A stretch of 64,000 nt of DNA from Candidatus Komeilibacteria bacterium CG11_big_fil_rev_8_21_14_0_20_36_20 (GCA_002787405.1 PCWQ01000007.1:166250-230249); one strand, 5' to 3'. Shown: positions 41,367 through 51,627, numbered from the stretch's first letter. The notes: generated by a model not told the origin, from the letters alone. Translations and numbers: made by a program.

Positions 41367-42803
41367 ATGATTACTTTTGAAGATTTAAAAAAGGTCTTAT
41401 CTTTAAACTATACTGATGCGGACATGAAAACCGTCATTAAAGCTTTTCATTTTGCTTCGGAAGCTCATCGCGGCCAAAAGAGAAGAACCGGCGAAGATTA
41501 TATCTATCATCCCTTGGCTGCCGCTTATTATCTAGCTAAAATGAAAATGGACATCACCAGCATCTCCGCCGCGCTGCTCCATGATGTGCCAGAGGATACT
41601 GATTTTACCTTTGAGGATATTAAACACAATTTTGGCAAAGAAATTTATTACTTGGTTCGAGGAGTAACTAAATTGGGCCATCTCAAATATCGAGGCATGG
41701 AAAGATATGCCGAAAATTTAAGAAAAATGTTTTTGGCTATGTCTAAAGACCTACGGATTATTATTATTAGATTAGCAGACCGTCGCCACAATATGGAAAC
41801 ACTTCAAGGTGTCCGTCCGGAAAAACGTCTAAGAATTGCCAAAGAAACTCTAGAAATCTATGCCCCTATTGCCAATCGTTTAGGTATGTTTAGAATGAAA
41901 ACTACTTTAGAAGATCTGGCTTTCCCCTATGTTTATCCTGATGAATATAAATGGGTAACTGATTTAATCAAAGACCGCCTCAAAAATGAGTTTAAATATA
42001 TTGAAAAAATAAAAAAGACCACCCAAAAGATTCTAGTGAAAAACAACATTGCTTATGTTCAAATACAAGGACGGGTAAAAAGTTTATTTAGTCTTTATAT
42101 AAAATTATTACGTAAGGGAAAAGATTTAAATAAAATCTATGACCTAATTGCTCTAAGAATTATTGTTAAAGAAATAGCCGACTGCTACAGTGTTCTAGGC
42201 CTACTTCATAAAAAATGGTCCCCTCTCAAAGGACGAATTAAAGATTATATTGCTCAACCAAAGCCCAACGGCTATCAGTCACTTCATACCTCTGTTTTTA
42301 CTGAATTTGGTAAAACAGCTGAATTCCAAATTAGAACCATCCAAATGGATGAAGAAGCTGAGTATGGTATCGCTGCTCATCACCGCTACAAAGAAATTGG
42401 CGTATTGGGTAAAAGAAAAAAATTACCGAGATGGCTAGAACATTTAGTTGAAATACAAAAAACCATTACTGACAACGCCGAGTTTATCAAACACATTAAA
42501 AACGACTTGTTTATAAACCAAATTTTTGTTTTTACCCCCAAAGGAGACGTCATTGAATTGCCAGACAACGCTACTCCCTTGGATTTTGCCTACTACATTC
42601 ACACTGATATTGGCAATAAATGTGTGGGTGCTAAAATAAATAATCAAATGGCCCCTCTTGATGCTATTCTAAAATCAGGTGATGTAGTAGAAATAGTGAC
42701 GGACAAAAACAGGACCGGACCAAATCCGGATTGGCTGGAAATAGTCGTTACCACTAATGCCAAAAATAAAATAAAAAGCAACTTAAAAAACCGCGAAGAA
42801 TAG
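41367..42803 (+). CDS. rel: RelA/SpoT family (p)ppGpp synthetase/hydrolase (HD, synthetase, TGS)
   Basis: LLHDVPED, GYQSLHT, EFQIRT, VFTPKG, DFAYYIHT. Confidence 0.95.
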   Translation: MITFEDLKKVLSLNYTDADMKTVIKAFHFASEAHRGQKRRTGEDYIYHPLAAAYYLAKMKMDITSISAALLHDVPEDTDFTFEDIKHNFGKEIYYLVRGVTKLGHLKYRGMERYAENLRKMFLAMSKDLRIIIIRLADRRHNMETLQGVRPEKRLRIAKETLEIYAPIANRLGMFRMKTTLEDLAFPYVYPDEYKWVTDLIKDRLKNEFKYIEKIKKTTQKILVKNNIAYVQIQGRVKSLFSLYIKLLRKGKDLNKIYDLIALRIIVKEIADCYSVLGLLHKKWSPLKGRIKDYIAQPKPNGYQSLHTSVFTEFGKTAEFQIRTIQMDEEAEYGIAAHHRYKEIGVLGKRKKLPRWLEHLVEIQKTITDNAEFIKHIKNDLFINQIFVFTPKGDVIELPDNATPLDFAYYIHTDIGNKCVGAKINNQMAPLDAILKSGDVVEIVTDKNRTGPNPDWLEIVVTTNAKNKIKSNLKNREE

Positions 42804-42819
42804 AAAAATCGCGGTTTTT
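42786..42819. terminator. Bidirectional terminator
   Basis: AAAAACCGCGA...TCGCGGTTTTT between convergent rel and parB. Confidence 0.75.
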
Positions 42820-42831
42820 AAAAATAATTTT

Positions 42832-43707
42832 TTAAGTCAACTTATCTAAAATATTTTTTAGCTCTTCATGGGAGAAAAACTTAATTTTAATCACTCCTTT
42901 TTCTCCTGTTTTGTCAATCTTGGCTTCCGCTCCCAGATTTTTGCTGATTTTATCTTCCCAGGAAACCAAGACCGGATCCGGCTCTTTCTCTTTAGATGAA
43001 AGTTTAGGAGACCTCTTGCCAACTATCTCGTAAAGCTGCTGAATAGTTAAATCGTTTTTTATAATTTTCTTAAAAATTTTAATCTGTTCTATCTTTGTCG
43101 GATAACTCAAGATAATTTTGGCGTGAGAAATATTAATTTTTCCTTCCCCTAGGGCCTCCTTAATCACGATCGGCAATTTTAAAAAACGAAGAGCGTTAGA
43201 AATAACAGCTACACTTTTGCCGACTTGCTCGGCAATCTCACTCTGACTCAATCCAAATTCTTCCATTAATCTCTTATAGCTGCCGGCCTCTTCTATTGGA
43301 TTGAGATCCTGCCGCTGAATATTTTCTATAATTGAAAGTTCCAGCTTGTCCCGATCAGAAACATCTTTGATAATCACTGGCGCTTCTTTAAGTTGTAAAA
43401 GCTCTAGGGCACGCCAACGCCTTTCTCCGGCAATTAATTGATAATGTCCCCCCTCTTTAGTCACAATGAGCGGCTGTAACACTCCGTGCTTTTTAATGGA
43501 TTCAGCTAATTCTTCCAGCTTATCCCGATCAAAATTAGTTCGCGGCTGCCAAGGATTAGCCACAATCACATCAAAAGGCACGTACTGAATTTTTTTGTCA
43601 GACGAATCCTCATTAGGATCCAGAGGCACCTCTGAACTAAAATTATCAGTTGGTTGTTTATTTTTGGTGGGAATGAGTGAACTCAATCCTCTGCCTAAAG
43701 CTGGCAT
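42832..43707 (-). CDS. parB: Chromosome partitioning protein ParB
   Basis: LGRGL, QPR, IAGERRWRA, ENIQRQDLNPIEEA. Confidence 0.97.
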   Translation of the reverse strand: MPALGRGLSSLIPTKNKQPTDNFSSEVPLDPNEDSSDKKIQYVPFDVIVANPWQPRTNFDRDKLEELAESIKKHGVLQPLIVTKEGGHYQLIAGERRWRALELLQLKEAPVIIKDVSDRDKLELSIIENIQRQDLNPIEEAGSYKRLMEEFGLSQSEIAEQVGKSVAVISNALRFLKLPIVIKEALGEGKINISHAKIILSYPTKIEQIKIFKKIIKNDLTIQQLYEIVGKRSPKLSSKEKEPDPVLVSWEDKISKNLGAEAKIDKTGEKGVIKIKFFSHEELKNILDKLT

Positions 43708-43732
43708 ATGTTTTTATTTTTATTTATTAAAA

Positions 43733-44491
43733 CTACGAAAGTATAATCTCCTGGGCTAAACGTTTATAAGCTTTAGATCCTGGAGAATTAAAATCATATT
43801 CTCTAATCGGCTTGCCATGCGACGGAGCTTCGGCAATGCGGACATTACGAGGAATAACTGAGCGGAAAATCTTTTCCGGAAAATGCTGATACAATTCATT
43901 GAAAACAGCATTTGATAATTTGTTGCGACCATCATGCATGGTCATCACTGCTCCCAAAATTTTCAAATTTGGCTGAAGATGATCTCTAATTAAATTGATG
44001 GTATCTAAAAGCTGCGACAATCCTTCCAAAGCATAATACTCACACTGCACCGGAATCAATACCTCACGAGCCGCCACTAAACCATTAATAGTTAAAAGAC
44101 CCAGAGAAGGCGGATTATCTATTAAAATAAAATCATAAAGATCAACAATATTTTTTAAATTCTCGTCCAGCTTAAATTCACGGTTTTCATGGCCAACTAA
44201 ATCAATACCAGCTCCGGCCAAATCCGGATTGGCTGGTAAAATATGAAAATTTGGCTTATACGATTTAATGGCTTCGGTGATTTTGGTGTTTTCATCAACC
44301 AAAACATCATACATACCTTTGTTTAAATTTTTATAATCAATACCCAAACCAGCCGAAGCATTGCCCTGAGGGTCAATGTCAATCACTAAAACGCGGCGGC
44401 CAAACTCCACCAGCCAAGCCGCCAAATTGATGGTTGTGGTTGTTTTGCCAACTCCGCCTTTTTGATTAACGATAGAGATAATTCGTGTCAT
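43733..44491 (-). CDS. parA: Chromosome partitioning ATPase ParA/Soj
   Basis: NQKGGVGKTT, DIDPQGN, PVQCEYYALEG, EAPSHG; ATG at 44491. Confidence 0.97.
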   Translation of the reverse strand: MTRIISIVNQKGGVGKTTTTINLAAWLVEFGRRVLVIDIDPQGNASAGLGIDYKNLNKGMYDVLVDENTKITEAIKSYKPNFHILPANPDLAGAGIDLVGHENREFKLDENLKNIVDLYDFILIDNPPSLGLLTINGLVAAREVLIPVQCEYYALEGLSQLLDTINLIRDHLQPNLKILGAVMTMHDGRNKLSNAVFNELYQHFPEKIFRSVIPRNVRIAEAPSHGKPIREYDFNSPGSKAYKRLAQEIILS

Positions 44492-44568
44492 AGACAAAAA
44501 TTCAAAAAACTATCCTTATTATACAAAATTTAGCGTAAAATAACAACTGATTTAATCTATAACAGTCC

Positions 44569-44597
44569 TTGACACAATCTAAAATATATGATATGTT
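44569..44597 (+). promoter_or_regulatory. Sigma70 promoter
   Basis: TTGACA-17-TATGTT with extended -10 TG. Confidence 0.75.
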
Positions 44598-44644
44598 GCT
44601 TTAATTATTTTAGTTATTTAAAACTTTTTGTTTTGGAGGAATTC

Positions 44645-45010
44645 ATGAATAAGAATAACAAAGCCTCAGTGAAATTCGGATTAGCAGGATTTGGAATTAT
44701 AGTCCTCGTAATTCTCCTTATGGCTCTTATGCTTACAATTGAGAGAAACACGCCCCTATCGTCAACCAATAAATCCACCGTGCTTCCTTTGCGAAACGGC
44801 TCCTGCTATTTTACCGGAGAAATTGATACTATCGGTAACAATTTGGCTCTGGTTAAAGTAATACAGCCGAACAACGACAGCACCTGGTATCATGTTTTGG
44901 TGGGACTACCATTTACAATTCCTGCCGACAGCTTAGTCAAGATAGGAACAGTGCAATATTTCTTCACTAAAGCATCTGTTCAAGAAAACTTTGTCTTTAT
45001 CGGACTATAG
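44645..45010 (+). CDS. Hypothetical membrane-anchored protein (orphan unit)
   Basis: Start moved to ATG 44645 behind SD GGAGGA; N-terminal TM. Confidence 0.75.
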   Translation: MNKNNKASVKFGLAGFGIIVLVILLMALMLTIERNTPLSSTNKSTVLPLRNGSCYFTGEIDTIGNNLALVKVIQPNNDSTWYHVLVGLPFTIPADSLVKIGTVQYFFTKASVQENFVFIGL

Positions 45011-45043
45011 CCAAGGTAAACACTCTTTACATTTGGAGGATAA

Positions 45044-45259
45044 ATGAAACGATTTGTAGTGAAAATCATATCTTATTTTGCAGCCATAATACTTTTAGTG
45101 GTTGCAGTGGCTTTTATGACTCGCGATGGTGGAATTGTTTTAGCAATAGAAGATAATCAGCCCATTATTGCTAGAATAATTCCGATCGACAGTTATTTGC
45201 ACCGTAGCGCCTTGAAAATTTTTCCAAACAAAAAACCGCCTCTTCGGAGGTGGTTTTAA
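45044..45259 (+). CDS. Small hypothetical membrane protein (orphan unit)
   Basis: SD GGAGGA; N-terminal TM; ORF runs through its terminator. Confidence 0.65.
   Translation: MKRFVVKIISYFAAIILLVVAVAFMTRDGGIVLAIEDNQPIIARIIPIDSYLHRSALKIFPNKKPPLRRWF
45231..45257. terminator. Terminator with UUCG tetraloop
   Basis: AACCGCCTC-TTCG-GAGGTGGTTTT. Confidence 0.85.
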
Positions 45260-45274
45260 ATTTTAAAAAATATT

Positions 45275-45511
45275 TTAATCTTTGTCTGTATAAAAAAAGA
45301 TACCAACAACCCAGCCTAAAAAATAGCCAACTACTCCGGCGGAAATAATAGCCAGTTTAGACCAGTCGTGAGCGTAAAAATAACAATAAAAAATGGCCCC
45401 AAGCAAACCAATAGTCAAGCCCTTGATACGATAGGATAAAGTCCAGTTATTGCGCTGGGAGTCTTTTTTATAATTCTTTGGCTGTTGAGGTATAATTGGC
45501 TGATTACTCAT
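45275..45511 (-). CDS. Small two-TM protein
   Basis: 78 aa ORF directly downstream of the M23 gene. Confidence 0.75.
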   Translation of the reverse strand: MSNQPIIPQQPKNYKKDSQRNNWTLSYRIKGLTIGLLGAIFYCYFYAHDWSKLAIISAGVVGYFLGWVVGIFFYTDKD

Positions 45512-45515
45512 AAAT

Positions 45516-46730
45516 TTAATTTTTTAACTGTTCTTGCCATTGAATAATGCTTTGTTTGAAATTGTCTAAATTTTCCGAAGCGACTGCTTTGTCCGAAGGC
45601 AAATCAACGGTCAGTGGATTTATTTTAGTACCATATTTAACCATTTCAAAATGAAGATGTGGACCGGTAGACAACCCCGTGGAACCAACGGCGCCGATAA
45701 TTTCACCCTGCTCTACTTTTTCTCCATAACTGATATAAATCTTACTCAAATGAGCATAATTGGTAGTAAAAGTATCATTATGCCTGACGCTGACAAAATT
45801 ACCATAAGAGCCGTTCCAACCAGCATAAACCACTTGCCCATCGCCCACTACTCTGACTGGCGTACCATAGCTGGCGGCATAATCAATAGCCCGATGACCA
45901 GTGGAAATATCAAAGGCCGAAATATATCTCAAACCAGTAGTATAGCCGGAGCTAATGTATTTAAAATCAACCGGATTTTTCAAAAATATTTTTTGCAAAG
46001 AAATGCCGTCAGGATCATAATAGCCGTCAATCAATTCTCCATCTTCATCTAGTCCTTCTTCAAAATAATAACCTTCAATGACTTTGCCGTCATTGACAAA
46101 ACGAGCCGCCAGAATCTTTCCCGGCATAATATACTGACCATCCCGATAGCGCTCTTCAAAAATAAATTTATAAGTATCGCCAACCCGAATGCCCATGCCA
46201 AAATCAACGGTCCAGGCAAAAACATCCGCTAAAGCAATAATCGCCCGAATATCAACATTCTGCTCTACCGCTGACTGATATAAGGAAGAGTCAATAGTGC
46301 CGCTGATGGTTTTTAATCTGACTTCATAGTCTATTTGTTTGCATTCGGCCTGCCATAAATCTGCTCCATTTTTTTCTATAAACAATTCTTCTTCCGAATC
46401 TATCTGATAAACTAATTTTTTGAATTCCCCAGTCTGTCGATCAAAATAAAATTTGATCGGCTTACCGACTCGAACCGTCGATAAATCATATTCATCCTGC
46501 GAAGCTTCTAACAATTCATGCATTAAACTGTCCTCTAAACCAACCTGCTCGGTAATAGTGGAAAAAGTCATGCCAGATTCAATATTAACAACTTCTTCCC
46601 TATCTAAAATCTGGGCCTGGGCCTCCGGCAAAGTTACGGTCGGCTGATTATTATTAATAGAAAATTTGACTACCAGCAAAACAACCATAATCAATCCGCC
46701 TAATAAAGATAATTTTAATTTATTATTCAC
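45516..46730 (-). CDS. M23 family metallopeptidase (MepM-like)
   Basis: HRAIDYAA, YAHLS, STGPHLHFE; N-terminal TM. Confidence 0.95.
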   Translation of the reverse strand: MNNKLKLSLLGGLIMVVLLVVKFSINNNQPTVTLPEAQAQILDREEVVNIESGMTFSTITEQVGLEDSLMHELLEASQDEYDLSTVRVGKPIKFYFDRQTGEFKKLVYQIDSEEELFIEKNGADLWQAECKQIDYEVRLKTISGTIDSSLYQSAVEQNVDIRAIIALADVFAWTVDFGMGIRVGDTYKFIFEERYRDGQYIMPGKILAARFVNDGKVIEGYYFEEGLDEDGELIDGYYDPDGISLQKIFLKNPVDFKYISSGYTTGLRYISAFDISTGHRAIDYAASYGTPVRVVGDGQVVYAGWNGSYGNFVSVRHNDTFTTNYAHLSKIYISYGEKVEQGEIIGAVGSTGLSTGPHLHFEMVKYGTKINPLTVDLPSDKAVASENLDNFKQSIIQWQEQLKN

Positions 46731-46752
46731 CCCGTTAGAAAATTATTATACT

Positions 46753-46814
46753 GTCATTCCGGGCTACGACCCGGAATCTACAAGCTTCTAGATTCCCGTT
46801 TTCACGGGAATGAT
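46753..46814. repeat. GTCATTCC...GGAATC/GATTCC...GGAATGA double-hairpin element
   Basis: ATTCCGGG-N6-CCCGGAAT and ATTCCCGT-N4-ACGGGAAT within outer TCATTCC/GGAATGA. Confidence 0.8.
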
Positions 46815-46819
46815 GATTA

Positions 46820-47611
46820 TTAAATTTTTATTTCTAAGCCGACCGGGCAATGGTCTGAACCTTTTACTTTATCCAAAATAAAAGCCCGCTTCACTTTTTT
46901 AGCTAAACGCTGACTGACCAAAAAATAATCAATCCGCCAGCCAATATTATTAACCCGGGTATTAAATCGATAACTCCACCAACTATATTGGACTTTCTGC
47001 GGATGCAAATAACGAAAACTATCAACAAATCCGCTCTTTAATAATTTTGTCATCCAGACCCTCTCTTCATCAGTAAATCCTGGATTACCGACATTATCCT
47101 TGGGACGAGCCAGATCTATTTCCTGATGAGCCACATTAAAATCACCGGTCAAAATCAAAGGCTTTATTTTATCTAATTTTTTAATATAACTTAAAAACGC
47201 TTGATTAAATTTTAACTTATAGGGCAATCTAGTCAACTCATGGTTAGAATGGGGGAAATAAGAATTTAATAAATAAAACTGACTATAATCCAACAGCTGC
47301 ATCCTCCCCTCTTGGGATAAAATATTATTACCAAAATCAATCTTAACTTCTTTGGGCTTTAAACGGCTGTAAGTCAGCACGCCGCTGTAACCTTTTTTTT
47401 CAGTGGCACAGTTCCAAAAAGCATTATAACCTTTAAGTCTTAATATTTTTTCATCTAAAATCTCTGGATCATGAATTTTAGTTTCTTGAGCGCAAAAAAT
47501 ATCCGGCTTGGTTTTATTTAACCAAGTTAAAAGGCCTTTGCGAGTCGCCGCTCGAATTCCATTAACATTAAAAGATAAAATGGTTAATTTAGACACTTGT
47601 TTAGTTTTCAT
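46820..47611 (-). CDS. xth: Exodeoxyribonuclease III / AP endonuclease
   Basis: SFNVNGIRA, QETK, GDFNVAH, GWRIDY, SDHCP. Confidence 0.97.
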   Translation of the reverse strand: MKTKQVSKLTILSFNVNGIRAATRKGLLTWLNKTKPDIFCAQETKIHDPEILDEKILRLKGYNAFWNCATEKKGYSGVLTYSRLKPKEVKIDFGNNILSQEGRMQLLDYSQFYLLNSYFPHSNHELTRLPYKLKFNQAFLSYIKKLDKIKPLILTGDFNVAHQEIDLARPKDNVGNPGFTDEERVWMTKLLKSGFVDSFRYLHPQKVQYSWWSYRFNTRVNNIGWRIDYFLVSQRLAKKVKRAFILDKVKGSDHCPVGLEIKI

Positions 47612-48680
47612 CTTTGTTAACTAAAATTGTTTGCGTAGGATAAGCAAACTCAATGCTCTCTTTATCAAACTGCTGATATATTTCCAGATTTATTCTATGT
47701 CGAGTTTTAAGATAATCTTCATAGTCAGGAGATTTAATATATAAAACAACTTCAAAGATCAAACTAAAATCCCCAAATTCCACAAAATAACAACGATCAA
47801 ATCTAGCTAATTTTTCTGGCTGAATAATATTTTCTACCATTTTAGGTATAGCTACTAATTTAGTAGCGGAGGTGCCATAAATTACTCCTAAATTAAAAAC
47901 TATTCTTCTTTCTTCCATTTTTCTAAAATTCTGCACTCGAGCACTGGTTAGTTCTCTATTGGAAATAACTAATTCCTCTCCCTGTAAAGTTCTAATGCGA
48001 GTTGTTTTTAAACCAATCTTTTCTACAACACCTCCATCGGAACCGACAACAATGTAATCACCAATTTGAAATATTTTATCCATATGAATAGCAAAAGAGC
48101 TAAAAACATCAGTCAGAATATTCTGTAGAGCTAAAGCCACGGCAATACCGCCAATACCTAAACTGGCAATAACAGAATTGACATTGACTCCTAAATTGGA
48201 CAATAAAAGCATCAACCCAACTACCCATAAAATTATTCTAATAACCACCTGCAAGGTCTTCATCATTGCTTGAGAAGATTGTCTGGACTTAACATTATCT
48301 TTATTTGATTGAACTAAATAACCGCTAATAAAATAATTTAATAATTTTTCCGAAGCCCGAATTATTTCAAAAATAATAACTACCAAAAATAAAACATATA
48401 AAATTTTAAAAACAATTTCCGGCAAAGTTAAAACTTTAATGCCAAAATAAAGAGCTATCAGAAAATAAAAAGGCGGTCTGATTGTTTTAAAAATATTAAT
48501 CAGAACATCATCAAAATCCGTCTTGGTTTTCTGGGCTAATTTATATAGACGAGTGAGAATAATGACCTGAAATATTTTTAAAATAACTAACAAACCAACA
48601 AAAATAATTATTGCGAGCACATAATCATAACCAGTATTGCCCCAAATAATAAAATTCTTTAAACTATCAATAAATTCCAT
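47601..48680 (-). CDS. MscS family mechanosensitive channel
   Basis: LGIGGIAVALALQ, GDYI, IGLKTTRIRT, FAYPT. Confidence 0.95.
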   Translation of the reverse strand: MEFIDSLKNFIIWGNTGYDYVLAIIIFVGLLVILKIFQVIILTRLYKLAQKTKTDFDDVLINIFKTIRPPFYFLIALYFGIKVLTLPEIVFKILYVLFLVVIIFEIIRASEKLLNYFISGYLVQSNKDNVKSRQSSQAMMKTLQVVIRIILWVVGLMLLLSNLGVNVNSVIASLGIGGIAVALALQNILTDVFSSFAIHMDKIFQIGDYIVVGSDGGVVEKIGLKTTRIRTLQGEELVISNRELTSARVQNFRKMEERRIVFNLGVIYGTSATKLVAIPKMVENIIQPEKLARFDRCYFVEFGDFSLIFEVVLYIKSPDYEDYLKTRHRINLEIYQQFDKESIEFAYPTQTILVNKDEN

Positions 48681-48758
48681 AAAATTGTTAGATAATTCTT
48701 AATTTAATTATTTCTAATCATAGCAAAAACATCGCAAAAAAACAAACTTAAGCAACAG

Positions 48759-48788
48759 AAAAAGAGTCGGATAATTCCGACTCTTTTT
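48759..48788. terminator. Intrinsic terminator
   Basis: AAAAAGAGTCGGA-TAAT-TCCGACTCTTTTT. Confidence 0.85.
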
Positions 48789-48793
48789 ATAAC

Positions 48794-49435
48794 TCAACTA
48801 AGGATAATTGGTGCCGCCCAGCCATTTTGGTAGAAATCCATACCTAAAGTCACCAGTTGAACTTCTCGACGATCATGACTCCAGATCAAAACCGGAGTAC
48901 GGGACCAATTGGCCTCATATTCAAGGCGGCATTCATAGCCAGGCAACCAAACATAAGGAACGTTGATACCATCCATAGACGTCAGCCATTCTCTGAAGTA
49001 AACAACTGCCCAAAGTATTTCCGAAGAAGGAGATAATTTTGGATATCTAATATCCTTTGGTCTGAGACCTCTCATCTTATCCCAATTGCCGGCTAAATTA
49101 AGCACTTTCCAACGCAAGCCGCGCAAATGATTCTTTTTTGGCATTAGCCGCAAATGATTAACATCAGTTTTGATAGCCGGCCAACGCCAGCTGTCGTAAA
49201 GACTACTGATGCATAACCAAGCTTCATCGAATGTTTCCTTAATGGTATTTAACCTGACATCCAAGACCGGCGTACAAAATTGACCATAAGGACAACTTGG
49301 ATTATAATCCAACATGGAAAAATCAGTTTCACTGAATCCCCAGCCGCGTAGCTTATTTAAACGGCGAATCAGTTCTACTTGTTGTGAACAAGGCACAAAC
49401 AATCCCGTCTGACTTTGAGTTAAATTCTGTAGCAT
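48794..49435 (-). CDS. Trp-rich hypothetical protein (orphan unit)
   Basis: 213 aa ORF; G-rich SD AGGGGGG; TTGACC upstream. Confidence 0.75.
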   Translation of the reverse strand: MLQNLTQSQTGLFVPCSQQVELIRRLNKLRGWGFSETDFSMLDYNPSCPYGQFCTPVLDVRLNTIKETFDEAWLCISSLYDSWRWPAIKTDVNHLRLMPKKNHLRGLRWKVLNLAGNWDKMRGLRPKDIRYPKLSPSSEILWAVVYFREWLTSMDGINVPYVWLPGYECRLEYEANWSRTPVLIWSHDRREVQLVTLGMDFYQNGWAAPIILS

Positions 49436-49630
49436 AATCTGCCCCCCTACCTATAGGGAGCATTTTTAAAAACCAAGACATTTTGCCCCCTTGATTTAAA
49501 GTACGTGTTTTATTTTATTTGATATTATCTAATCATTTTTTATCTAGTTGGTCAAGAAATAAATATAACCCTAATGCCAAACGTTGGGGCCTGACGCAAA
49601 GGAAGATTAAGAAAGATAATCCTAATAAGA

Positions 49631-49659
49631 TTGACATCCGCCCAATAATATAATAATCT
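49631..49659 (+). promoter_or_regulatory. Sigma70 promoter
   Basis: TTGACA-17-TAATCT. Confidence 0.7.
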
Positions 49660-49701
49660 ATACTAATTAATCTTGTTCTTACTATCAATCAAGGAGGCCA
49701 C

Positions 49702-50127
49702 ATGTCAAAACAATTTAACCCCAGCCAGACAAACATTATCCTGATTATTGTTAGCTTAGTAGTCGTGTTTTTAGTGGGTCAATATTATAATCCAGAACCA
49801 GAATACAGCCGAAAAAATTTTTATCTGGTCTTTGGAGAAGAGCCGGCGGACAGTGTTGTTGCTCAAATAGCTGTAGACTATCAATTAAACAACCTAACTG
49901 AACAGATTTGCCAAATGGACTATCTGCTTCATGTTGCCCAGCTAGGCAATGATTCTTTGGAAATCATCTATCAATTAAACCTCAAAAAAATAGCCAACCA
50001 GATAAACCTGGCAAAACATTTCTGGTTTTCCGTGCCGGAAGAAGCAGAAAAGTTGACTATTGAACCACTTGGCCGTAAAAAAATAAAATACCCCGCCCTA
50101 AAATTAAGAAAGGCGGGGCTTTTTTAA
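49702..50127 (+). CDS. Hypothetical membrane-anchored protein (orphan unit)
   Basis: SD AAGGAGG; N-terminal TM; ORF runs through its terminator. Confidence 0.75.
   Translation: MSKQFNPSQTNIILIIVSLVVVFLVGQYYNPEPEYSRKNFYLVFGEEPADSVVAQIAVDYQLNNLTEQICQMDYLLHVAQLGNDSLEIIYQLNLKKIANQINLAKHFWFSVPEEAEKLTIEPLGRKKIKYPALKLRKAGLF
50091..50125 (+). terminator. Intrinsic terminator
   Basis: CCCCGCC...GGCGGGG followed by CTTTTTT. Confidence 0.75.
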
Positions 50128-50143
50128 TAAAAATTTCAATTAT

Positions 50144-51304
50144 TTAGCCAAACATCAGCCACTGATGTTTAAAAATTAATAGTATGCCGATAATCAGCAT
50201 AATGATTCCGCCAATCAAACTGGAATAGCGAGAATACTTAGTGCTGATACCAGTCATGTGCAGAGTAATCATAGCAATAACAAACACCAACATATCGTCC
50301 AGCATGAAAAAGAAAATATAAATAGCAATATAACCATAACGCGCTAAAGTGGACAAATCATTTAGAACTAAAACTTGCGAATAAACTGCCGGTAATCCGG
50401 CTGAACAAATAAGTTCAACCATATTGACCGCGACAGCCAATAAAATAATACCCCCAAAAGCTAAGATAAAACTGCGACGACTGACTACTTCTTTAATTCG
50501 GTCAAATATGCGGCGTCTTTTTTCATCACCAGTCACTTTACAAGCCGCTTCTTTATTTTTAAAAAATTCCCGCAGATTTAAAGCCCCGCCGCCCAAGGCC
50601 ACCAATCCGATCAAAATTCTTACCCAAACAATAAGGCCTAAAAATAAAATCAAATTTAGCCAAGCTGCCATAAATAAAAAATAAACTAAAGCTGAAGTAA
50701 TAATAAAAGAACCGCCTAAAATCCACATCCGGCACCGGTCTTTCATGCCTAAAAGCATACTGATCAAAAAAAGCAAAACCCACATGGCACAAGGATTAAA
50801 GCCGTCCAGAATTCCCAAAAATACAGTTAAAACCGGTAAAGAAAAAGTTTTTAAATTTACTTGACCAAGCAGAGGAATCTTCACGTTTTCCAACCAAGTA
50901 TTTTCTCCTGAATTTTGATTATTTTGCCCCGTTTGTTCCAGTAACGAAACTAAATAACTTTCAATAGCTGCTCCCGTAGTCTCCTCACTTAAAAAACCGG
51001 TAAAATGCTCCTCGCCAACCACCAAAAAAGGCACACCAGAAACATCAGTGTGCAGCTCTTTTCCAAATTCTACCAATAATCTGGCGTTGTCAGAATCGCG
51101 GCTGACTTCAAAGCTTTGTAAATTTATACCCTCTTTATATTTTGACTCCAGTTTATCTAAAAAAATTTCCTCTTTAGCACAATGAGGGCACCCTTCCGCC
51201 CAAAAGAAATAAATGTTGACTTTATTGTCTTCCTGAGCCAATCCAACCAAAGGAATAATTAGCACAAAAAAACAAAATAAAAAAAATGATATTTTCTTAA
51301 ACAT
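50144..51304 (-). CDS. Thioredoxin-fold domain fused to CcdA/DsbD-like membrane domain
   Basis: CPHC, GVP, DGFNPCAMW, ELICSAG. Confidence 0.88.
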   Translation of the reverse strand: MFKKISFFLFCFFVLIIPLVGLAQEDNKVNIYFFWAEGCPHCAKEEIFLDKLESKYKEGINLQSFEVSRDSDNARLLVEFGKELHTDVSGVPFLVVGEEHFTGFLSEETTGAAIESYLVSLLEQTGQNNQNSGENTWLENVKIPLLGQVNLKTFSLPVLTVFLGILDGFNPCAMWVLLFLISMLLGMKDRCRMWILGGSFIITSALVYFLFMAAWLNLILFLGLIVWVRILIGLVALGGGALNLREFFKNKEAACKVTGDEKRRRIFDRIKEVVSRRSFILAFGGIILLAVAVNMVELICSAGLPAVYSQVLVLNDLSTLARYGYIAIYIFFFMLDDMLVFVIAMITLHMTGISTKYSRYSSLIGGIIMLIIGILLIFKHQWLMFG

Positions 51305-51319
51305 ATATAATTAATTTAT

Positions 51320-51589
51320 CTATTTATCTTTACTTTCTTTAATAATTTTAGTTAATTCTTTCTTGGAAACTTCACCAACTAATCTTAATAATTCCTGAGC
51401 CTGTTTGTCAAGAAAAATAAAAACCGGCAGCTTGTCACCAATTTTATATTCCTTTATTTTTTCCGAATCTTGATCATAATCATAATACTTGGTTTCTAAC
51501 CAGGGATGTTCTTTTTCAATTTCAACCCAACGCGGTTTCATGACCAGACAGCCCGGACACCAAACTGCCCCGAATTTTAATACTTTCAT
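51320..51589 (-). CDS. Thioredoxin family protein
   Basis: WCPGC active site, LPVFI. Confidence 0.92.
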   Translation of the reverse strand: MKVLKFGAVWCPGCLVMKPRWVEIEKEHPWLETKYYDYDQDSEKIKEYKIGDKLPVFIFLDKQAQELLRLVGEVSKKELTKIIKESKDK

Positions 51590-51627
51590 ATATTTATATC
51601 ATTCTAAATTAATAATGTGCAATAACT

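Noticed and set aside
42832-44560. Replication origin near parAB
   Set aside because: No dnaA gene or DnaA-box cluster seen in the window
49575-49606. c-di-GMP-I riboswitch-like GCCAAAC...GACGCAAAG
   Set aside because: No GNRA-capped P2 stem or P3 can be formed, and it lies upstream of both neighbouring promoters
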